Part shown: piece after piece, positions 57,244 to 64,000 of the stretch | Layout of the letters: every line of letters starts with the position of its first letter | Numbering within the stretch: the stretch's first letter is position 1 | DNA from: a virus | Virus record (IMG/VR): IMGVR_UViG_3300045988_141072 | Coordinates: 64,001 to 128,000 of that record | Length of the DNA: 64,000 nucleotides | Reading direction: 5' to 3' (one strand) | Made by a program: the position numbers and the translations under genes | Notes under the pieces: model-generated | Databases searched by the model: none | What the model saw: the letters and a program-made list of their open reading frames with translations, nothing else | What the model was told of the DNA's origin: nothing

Positions 57244-58092
57244 TCACTCTGTTTCAATTATATTTTCAGCTATTAACCAATTGGATTCTGGTTTTGCTAT
57301 TAACCTTGCATCCATATATGCCATTTCCATTGATAAACAAGTAGTTGCTTGATAATATCCATTTTTCATTAAATTTAAAACTAATGCGATACTAGGATTT
57401 TTATTTTTACCAAAATATAATGGAATAAGAAGCTGTATTTTATTTTGATAATAATGTGGAACAGCTAATTTATAATTTGCAGTTACTTTCTGAATTGCTT
57501 TGGTTATAACTCCACTTAATGTCTCTAATGGAGTGTCACTATTTTTAATTGAATCTGGTAAACGCTGAGATGTATTTAAATCATCAAGAATATGTTTATA
57601 ATTAACATTTATTTTGTAATGCCAATTGAATACTAATCTATCAGGATTAGAAAAATAATCTGCCCTTTCAGGAAAATCACTTTCTATGTCCATGCTTCCT
57701 AATTCGTATTCATCTTTAAATCCTTTAAAGTACCATCTAGCAGCATTTTCTGCTGTATTTTTATTTAGCTCACCATAAACATAAATAGGAACATAATAAT
57801 GTGAAAATAATCCGGTATTAAATACACAATATGTATCTGTTTCAATAACTTTTCCTTCATCCTGTAATTCATTAAACGTGTATTTTAAATAATTTTTTAA
57901 TATTGAGTTGTCTTCTTTATCTTCAAAACTCCATTTTTCAGGTAAAGCCTTTTCAGCAAGTGCTTGTATTTGAGCATTATAATCTCCCCAATACATGTAA
58001 TCGTAAATATCCATATAATTATTAACCTCCTTATCATTTATTCCAATACTATCATTTTTGTCCACATAAGTAAATGCTTCACTATAGTCCAT
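57244..58092 (-). CDS. DUF3825 domain protein
   Basis: EKWSF...ILKNYLKYTFNEL...VFNTGL...NYKLAVPHYYQNKIQLLIPLY...MAYMDARLIAKPESNWL matches my memory of DUF3825. Confidence 0.6.
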   Translation of the reverse strand: MDYSEAFTYVDKNDSIGINDKEVNNYMDIYDYMYWGDYNAQIQALAEKALPEKWSFEDKEDNSILKNYLKYTFNELQDEGKVIETDTYCVFNTGLFSHYYVPIYVYGELNKNTAENAARWYFKGFKDEYELGSMDIESDFPERADYFSNPDRLVFNWHYKINVNYKHILDDLNTSQRLPDSIKNSDTPLETLSGVITKAIQKVTANYKLAVPHYYQNKIQLLIPLYFGKNKNPSIALVLNLMKNGYYQATTCLSMEMAYMDARLIAKPESNWLIAENIIETE

Positions 58093-58972
58093 TTAAAAGA
58101 ACCTCCTTAAATTTATTTTGTTTATATAATTATTCTCTTTTTTCTTTTATTTTTGATGTTGTATTACGCAAAGTGAATGGAATTGTACATAATATACAAA
58201 AATAAATCTAATTATAAAATATATTTGTGAAACATACACAAAGATAATTTGGTAGGAATATAATTGTGACGTAAAAAATGGTGCCTAATTTGTGATTTTA
58301 GAGATTAAGTGTTCACTTTATTGATTAAGATACAAAATTAAAATTTGGTGGTATTTTTTGCTTTGTGATAAGCGTGGTTAAATGAATGAGGATTTTTGGT
58401 GTTATTTTTACATAATTATGAGCCATAAAATAGATTTTTTCTATATAAATAATGAATATATAGGGTATTTATTTGATGTTTCTGTATAGTTTTTGACAAC
58501 CCCCCCTGTAGGGATAAGAATAACACAAAAAGTGTTATCGAAGAAGATACTTATAAATAAGGAAAAACTCGATTTTTGAACTGGATTTTGGAAATTTGGA
58601 TTTTCAATTTCGGGGTTGTGAAGTGGTTAAAAGGGTTGATTTTTAAGGGATTTGACGATAAAGGGTACGATAAAGGATTTAAGATAGAAAATATCGAGTT
58701 TGGGCTTGAATTTAAAGGTTTGGTGGAGATAAATTTTTAAGTTGGTGTGTAGATGAACTTGCTATACACAATTACTGAAATAATAAGCACTTAAATGGTT
58801 TTTGCCACCCCCTATTTTTACCATATTGAAAACTACAAAAAATAAGCATTTTTGGAAGTTTTGAGCCGAAACAATCTAAAATTTTTTTGTGCTATAGTGT
58901 TTGCAAGCTCAACGGCAAGTGGTTAAGTCGTTGAGTGAAAAAATATTAAATAATTTTAAGGAGGAATTAACC

Positions 58973-59395
58973 ATGAAAACATTATCGAATGCAGTAATCA
59001 TTAATGGAGTATCTTACACAATCAACGCAACAGAAGCAAAGAAAGTCGCTGAACTTTTAGGGCTTGAGACACCCAAGAGTAATCAGAAGGCTACACCAAA
59101 GGCTGAAAAATCTGAACCAAAGACCGAAAAACTTAAAGAATCTACACGGCTTGTAGGCTCATTAGAGCAAGACGGTACTTTTGTTCGTACAGTCAAAGAT
59201 GCATTTATCAGTTCAAAAGCACGATATGCTATCAAGATGTCAGCGACTGAAATGGGTGCTACTAAACTCGGCAAGGGCAATAAAACTTACGATTTTTTGG
59301 CTAAAAACGACAAGTACGTTCAAGTATATCAGTTCAAGACAGTAGAAGATGCTACAAAGTTTATGGACAATCAGCAGAGTCGTATGGCTAAATAA
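58973..59395 (+). CDS. hypothetical protein, first gene of plus-strand arm
   Basis: MKTLSNAVIINGVSY... 7 nt after AAGGAGGAA. The track start at 58901 has no RBS. Confidence 0.6.
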   Translation: MKTLSNAVIINGVSYTINATEAKKVAELLGLETPKSNQKATPKAEKSEPKTEKLKESTRLVGSLEQDGTFVRTVKDAFISSKARYAIKMSATEMGATKLGKGNKTYDFLAKNDKYVQVYQFKTVEDATKFMDNQQSRMAK

Positions 59396-59507
59396 CTCGA
59401 CTAGGCGAGTATAAACCGTGTTAAGCCTAGTGCGTTACTCCCCTTAATGGGGAGTAGGTCACAGATTCTACATCTATCAATCTGCGATGGGTTCTCCATT
59501 CGCTCTA

Positions 59508-59535
59508 TTTTTTGACCTAAATTTTCGTCAAAAAA
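59508..59535. promoter_or_regulatory. palindromic site TTTTTTGAC-N10-GTCAAAAAA (copy 1 of 2)
   Basis: Shares 19 of 21 positions (TTGACYTAMATTTTCGTCAAA) with 59794-59814. Confidence 0.4.
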
Positions 59536-59793
59536 TTAGCTCTAAAATCAACCCAATACATAACATTAAACAAAATAAAATCGTGATAAGCCGTAGAAGT
59601 ACGTCAGACGTTCCCAAACGGTCTATTAAAATTACCCAAAATTCAGATACGCAATATATAAGTCTGTATGTGTGTTTTAACAGATAAACCTACTCGTGCC
59701 GTCAACACATATACATAAAATATGACTGAGAAAGGTGGTGTGCGTGAATAAGTAGGAATAAATAGACTTTAGGTTGCTCTGCCAAGTATAGTA

Positions 59794-59814
59794 TTGACTT
59801 ACATTTTCGTCAAA
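59794..59814. promoter_or_regulatory. palindromic site TTGAC-N10-GTCAA (copy 2 of 2)
   Basis: See copy 1. Both lie in the ORF-free region 59396-60850. Confidence 0.4.
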
Positions 59815-60630
59815 CACATACAAGAATGAGCGTCATACGTTGGATATAGTCGTATAGGGCTGACAAGGAAGTTACGAAGCTTCACCAAGGAACTAGGTCA
59901 GCGATTGTATAACTCTACAATCGGGAAAACTCGGTAAATTGAGCAAGAAGTGGTGTCAAGTGACGAGTACACTAAACATAATGTTTGGAAACATTATCAC
60001 ATAGTATCTTGGTACAAATATGTTGGAATGATTGACACAATTCCACATCAAAATATCCATACGAGTAAACGACAACTCAGTAATTCGTTAGGAGAAGTCT
60101 GTTATTTGAGCATAATAATTTAACGCTTACGAGATATAGTGCAAGATAGTAGTTATTTTAATATTATTACAATCTAATAAAAAGTTTGTAATTAACGTTA
60201 TTATAAATATTATTTTGTTCCCTGAAAGCAGAAGTATTGATTATTATATGAGAATTGAATTGATTACTTAGTTGTACGAGCGAGCGGATATTGGTAATAC
60301 ACAAGAGCCAATGGTAACATTGATACATTTAACCAATGTATTTGCATTGAATACATCTGTCTGTATTCGTGTATGAGGTATGAGCAGTACAATCCCTGCC
60401 TGTAAAACCTATATTCCTATTAAGGATGACAGTATATTCTGTAATCAATCGAAATGTATGAGTGTATGTGGTTTGACACGCATATTTAACACATAAAGTC
60501 ATTGATAAACTGTAATGTCTTGTAATCAGTTGTATAAAACAGTGGTTGAAATACCAAAGATATTCGTAACAGTTGGAGCGAATTAAAATAATAAACTGTT
60601 GACTGTATAAGGGTTAGTTACCGATTAAAT

Positions 60631-60702
60631 GGTGTTTAAAGGTGGAAATTATAGTAGCTAACAACTACATAGTTTTCGTGGGTTCAAATCCCACAAGCAC
60701 TT
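60631..60702 (+). ncRNA. tRNA-like element (acceptor plus T-arm plus anticodon-like arm, no D-arm)
   Basis: Acceptor GGTGTTT/AAGCACT (2 G-U pairs), T-arm GTGGG-TTCAAAT-CCCAC, loop CTAACAA. The D-stem cannot be formed. Confidence 0.25.
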
Positions 60703-60850
60703 TAAAATACCTATGCAATCTATCTGAAATGTATGGGTGTGGCACAACAATTCTTGAAAAGCAAGTGAGTGTCAAACGGAGATAGTGACTTTTATGGTTC
60801 AAAATGTAAACCGTTATTTTTATACTCAAAATTAAAGGAGGTAAAGGCAA

Positions 60851-61021
60851 ATGTATCAAAAAACATTCAAAAATGGACATACAATATCCACGTTTCCGTG
60901 CAACAACGGATATGCAACGGCACTATACGGAAAATACGGAAATCAGTTACAGCTACGATTCACTACAAGCGAAAAGGAAGCAAAGAAAAATCATAATAAT
61001 CTAATAACATTGGTTTCATAA
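60851..61021 (+). CDS. hypothetical 56-aa protein
   Basis: Below the ORF-track cutoff. ATG 7 nt after AAGGAGG; its stop is 15 nt before the next gene's start. Confidence 0.5.
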   Translation: MYQKTFKNGHTISTFPCNNGYATALYGKYGNQLQLRFTTSEKEAKKNHNNLITLVS

Positions 61022-61036
61022 AAGGAGAATATAACT

Positions 61037-61231
61037 ATGTCAGAATGGAAAAAGCAAATAAGAAAGATATGCAGGGATTTCTGCCTACCAAAAGAAACTT
61101 ATAACAAAATTGTAAAAGAGACGGAGAAAAACAAAAGAGAGATGCCACGATTTTACAACGGAGATAAAGACAAATATATGTATGATGTGGCATATTCTCA
61201 AACAAAATCATACATAATGAAAGCATATTAA
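61037..61231 (+). CDS. hypothetical small protein
   Basis: 64 aa after AAAGGAGAA RBS. Confidence 0.55.
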   Translation: MSEWKKQIRKICRDFCLPKETYNKIVKETEKNKREMPRFYNGDKDKYMYDVAYSQTKSYIMKAY

Positions 61232-61244
61232 GGAGGAAAGGAAA

Positions 61245-61577
61245 ATGACAAGGAAAGAACGAAAAGAGCAACTACGCAACAGATACTGTGCGATAGCAAG
61301 TGGAATATTAATAGCAGGTTTTATAATTGGAGCTGTGTGTAACGACCAAAATAATACATATGCAATTCAATCGGAAGGCAAGACAGAGCATTATAAATAT
61401 GTAACTGAATACAAAAATAATGCGACTTATATTGGAGACTATAACTTTCTTGACAAAAACGGAAATACATGGAAGGCAACTGGTGAATACAAGAAAGGCA
61501 AAGAGTATACTCTTATAATGCACGACAACGGAACTAAAAATAATATAACAGATGATGTTATATTGGAAATCAGATAG
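61245..61577 (+). CDS. small membrane-anchored protein
   Basis: 110 aa after AAGGAGGAAAGG RBS. N-terminal AIASGILIAGFIIGAV helix. Confidence 0.55.
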   Translation: MTRKERKEQLRNRYCAIASGILIAGFIIGAVCNDQNNTYAIQSEGKTEHYKYVTEYKNNATYIGDYNFLDKNGNTWKATGEYKKGKEYTLIMHDNGTKNNITDDVILEIR

Positions 61578-61589
61578 GAGGCAATGTAA

Positions 61590-61841
61590 ATGAGATATGG
61601 AGATTTTTTTAATATTGCAAAATATGGAAATGAAAATTGGAGAGGTGGCTATACTCAAAAGGAAGTTGCTTGTAATGCTTACAATTACCTCGTTGAGTTT
61701 GAATATTCAAAGACAAAATCCAAAGTAACGCACCTCATATCATCTTTATTGGAATTGCTTGACGAAGACAGTGATGATGAGTGCAAATATTGGGCAAGTG
61801 AAATAAGAAAGGAGTTAAAATTATGTCAGGTAGAAATGTAA
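61590..61841 (+). CDS. hypothetical small protein
   Basis: 83 aa after TAGGAGG RBS. Confidence 0.55.
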   Translation: MRYGDFFNIAKYGNENWRGGYTQKEVACNAYNYLVEFEYSKTKSKVTHLISSLLELLDEDSDDECKYWASEIRKELKLCQVEM

Positions 61842-61927
61842 AACACCCTTGTATTAACTGCGTTTATTTTGAAACGTGTGGAGAAAAATCACGGACTGCA
61901 CCTTGTAAAGGCAGACAGACAAAAATA
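61823..61927 (+). CDS. 34-aa cysteine-rich peptide
   Basis: MSGRNVKHPCINCVYFETCGEKSRTAPCKGRQTK after AAAGGAG RBS; TAG stop. Overlaps the end of the previous gene. Confidence 0.3.
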
Positions 61928-62008
61928 GAACAGAAAGAAAATAAGGCAACTGCAAAATAATGTAGTTGCTATTTTTATATAAAAATTAATTTTAAGGAGG
62001 ACACGAAT

Positions 62009-62941
62009 ATGTGTAAAAGAGTTTATTTAACAGCGAAAGAAGCAGAAAAGGAAATGCAGGAAGCACGGAAATCAGACGGATTTACAGGAAAAATGGAAAC
62101 AGATTACATTGCCCGAATGATTAAAGATGCCAAAAGAAACAGTATGGTTGGAGATAAGTTACAACTTGTAGTTAATCCAATATACATACATATACCAGAA
62201 TGGCAGAGAAGATTAAAACTTGCAAAAGCATATACTATAGGCAACTCATACAACAAATATAAATGGGATGTGCCAAAAGTATTGTTTTATAAAGGTAAAT
62301 TGTGGGTTATTGATGGTCAGCATAGAATTTACGGTGCATTTAAGGCAAATATGGATTCTGTAGTTATTGAGATTATGGAATGTTCACTTGAAGAAGCAAT
62401 TGACTTATTTATAAATCAGACAAAAGATAGGTCAGGAATGCAACCAATGGATATTTATAAGGCAGCAATTGCAGGACACAAGGCAGATTATATTGCATTG
62501 CAGGAAACTTGTCATAAACATAATGTGGCAGTAAAGGGAGACGAAGATATATCTAATGTGGTAGGAACTCTCACATCTATTTCAGATGGAATTAGCTTGA
62601 TTAGAACAAATCCGGAACTGTTTAATTCAATGCTTTCATTACTTGGAAAACTTGAGTGGAATGGATACGCTGATTCTTATAATGGAAAGGCATATACCGC
62701 TAAAATTATACGTGCTTTAAAAATGGTATACGCATATTTTGATGGCAGAACAGAAGAAATGGAAGATGCATTATTGGAACATTGTAAAGGAACAGAGTTC
62801 TTTGTAGAAAATGTCATAGACAAAACACAGGCACAGATTTTTGATTATCTGTCTGGAATTGTACGTTATGAGATGGAAAGTCCTTTGACACAGAAAAAGA
62901 GAAACAAGAAAACGAAAACAACAAAGGTTTCTGCAATGTAG
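62009..62941 (+). CDS. DGQHR-motif ParB/DndB-like domain protein
   Basis: LWVIDGQHRIYGAF motif. AAGGAGGA RBS. Confidence 0.6.
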   Translation: MCKRVYLTAKEAEKEMQEARKSDGFTGKMETDYIARMIKDAKRNSMVGDKLQLVVNPIYIHIPEWQRRLKLAKAYTIGNSYNKYKWDVPKVLFYKGKLWVIDGQHRIYGAFKANMDSVVIEIMECSLEEAIDLFINQTKDRSGMQPMDIYKAAIAGHKADYIALQETCHKHNVAVKGDEDISNVVGTLTSISDGISLIRTNPELFNSMLSLLGKLEWNGYADSYNGKAYTAKIIRALKMVYAYFDGRTEEMEDALLEHCKGTEFFVENVIDKTQAQIFDYLSGIVRYEMESPLTQKKRNKKTKTTKVSAM

Positions 62942-63011
62942 ATAAGAGAATATATGTATATAAAACTGAGATAACGGCTATACGGTCATATTGAGAAAGG
63001 AAGTGAGATTT

Positions 63012-63218
63012 ATGTCAGGTAGATTACCGGGAATTCCAACACGGAAATTTGTAAATGCATTGGAAGAAAAAGGATTTAAAAAAGACAGGTGTAACAGTGG
63101 GCACGATATTTATGAGCGAACCATCACGGAAAGTGTATCAGTTCCTATTCATTCAAAAGAAATCAAGGGAGCTGTTGCAAGAAAAATATCAAAAAAATAT
63201 GATTTAGGATTGTATTAA
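63012..63218 (+). CDS. hicA: HicA-family toxin (mRNA interferase)
   Basis: TRKFVNALEEKGFKKDRCNSGHDIYER...VSVPIHSKEIKGAVARKISKKYDL follows the HicA pattern (k.l.k.GF...r..GSH..y...vP.H.keI). Confidence 0.65.
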   Translation: MSGRLPGIPTRKFVNALEEKGFKKDRCNSGHDIYERTITESVSVPIHSKEIKGAVARKISKKYDLGLY

Positions 63219-63233
63219 AAGGAGGAAATCAGA

Positions 63234-63569
63234 ATGAAAATAAAACCTAATTTTCACACATATATAAAATTTACGATAAAAACGTATTACAGTATTGAAA
63301 ATTATTTTACGGAAATCAACACAAGAGAAGATATTATATTGCAAATTAATGACGCATTAATGGAAGATGCATTTTGTGATGAATACGATATTATAAATTG
63401 GAATATTGTGTCAGCGGATTATGTACAAAGCAGAGAAAAGGCGATTACAATTTACGAAAAAATGTTCGGTGTATCTCCTTATGAAGACTCGACACACGGA
63501 GAACACGTAACATTAGAGAATATTGTAGATATGATTTATTATAATTTAAATGAAAAAACGGAGGTGTGA
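63234..63569 (+). CDS. hypothetical protein downstream of hicA (antitoxin candidate by position only)
   Basis: 111 aa after AAGGAGGAAA RBS. No HicB-like motif recognised. Confidence 0.5.
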   Translation: MKIKPNFHTYIKFTIKTYYSIENYFTEINTREDIILQINDALMEDAFCDEYDIINWNIVSADYVQSREKAITIYEKMFGVSPYEDSTHGEHVTLENIVDMIYYNLNEKTEV

Positions 63570-63570
63570 T

Positions 63571-64000
63571 ATGAAAGAAAATCATAGAGAAATATTAGTG
63601 GTATCAAACGCAAAAGGTAAAAAGTTCTCTCTTATTGAAACAGATAATAATTATATTGTTGCTTGTGGATACTCTGCTTTAGAAAGATGGGGTAGACAGT
63701 GGGAATATGGTGTGTATTATATGTTTTCAAACGACAAAGAGAAGTTAGTTGCACTTAATAAAGCAACTGAAAAGCTATTTGAAAAGGTAAATGAGAATTA
63801 TATTTCACGTTGCAGATTAGAAGAACTTGCGACACTCTTTAAGGACGGACTTATCTCTGATGATAGAGAAAGTGCGTTAGAATACTTTGATGAGTGTTGT
63901 GAGATGTCAGAGGAAGAGAAAACTTTCTTTGGCATTGAAGAAGATAGTCCAATAGCAAATACAAAGTTTGAAAACCCAATGTACAACAAGGGTTATGACG
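63571..64000 (+). CDS. hypothetical protein, partial (continues beyond window)
   Basis: MKENHREILVVSNAKGKKFSLIETDNNYIVACGY... ATG after ACGGAGGTG RBS. Open to the window end. Confidence 0.55.
   Translation, partial: MKENHREILVVSNAKGKKFSLIETDNNYIVACGYSALERWGRQWEYGVYYMFSNDKEKLVALNKATEKLFEKVNENYISRCRLEELATLFKDGLISDDRESALEYFDECCEMSEEEKTFFGIEEDSPIANTKFENPMYNKGYD

Noticed and set aside
1-64000. Stop-codon reassignment (TAG or TGA recoding), suggested by the long ORF-free stretches and the frequent AGAGTAG strings
   Set aside because: Long genes read through cleanly in the standard code. TAG is used as a real stop (for example 904-906 and 49042-49044). No suppressor tRNA was found; the anticodons seen are CCA, GTC, TTT, GTT and CAT. 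The ORF-free regions contain stops of all three kinds in all frames

Overview
AT-rich segment of a tailed dsDNA phage or prophage. The strong GGAGG-type RBSs point to a Firmicutes/Clostridia-like host. Nearly all genes from 1 to 58092 are on the minus strand. From high to low coordinates they run: early/regulatory genes (DUF3825, Bro-N, a YonO-like single-subunit RNA polymerase); an ORF-free RNA region with tRNAs; PIN-PhoH; a TnpB-only IS605-family element; a metallophosphoesterase; HU; a tyrosine recombinase; more tRNAs and ORF-free RNA; an HNH endonuclease; terminase, portal, capsid and tail-tube genes; an accessory cluster (NifS-like desulfurase, holin, RecU-like, XRE); a very large tape-measure gene; and distal tail genes. 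A plus-strand arm starts after a repeat-rich divergent region (58093-58972) and includes a DGQHR/ParB-like protein and HicA. The most unusual feature is the tape-measure gene. It appears split by a 5.4-kb island (9044-14499), and the distal half has a 96-codon open extension with no start codon. The island carries a complete type III toxIN-like module (ToxN/AbiQ-like ORF, about 3.1 tandem 31-35-nt repeats, internal terminator), a DUF3800 gene with a separate 36-bp-spaced motif, and about 600 nt of ORF-free hairpin-rich sequence. Other notable features are several long ORF-free structured regions flanked by tRNAs (candidate large ncRNAs), two paralogous structured elements with covarying stems upstream of the HNH and recombinase genes, and a possible -1 frameshift or unusual start in the PIN-PhoH gene. 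No rRNA or CRISPR array was seen. All functional calls rest on motif recognition and gene order read by eye; no database search was possible.
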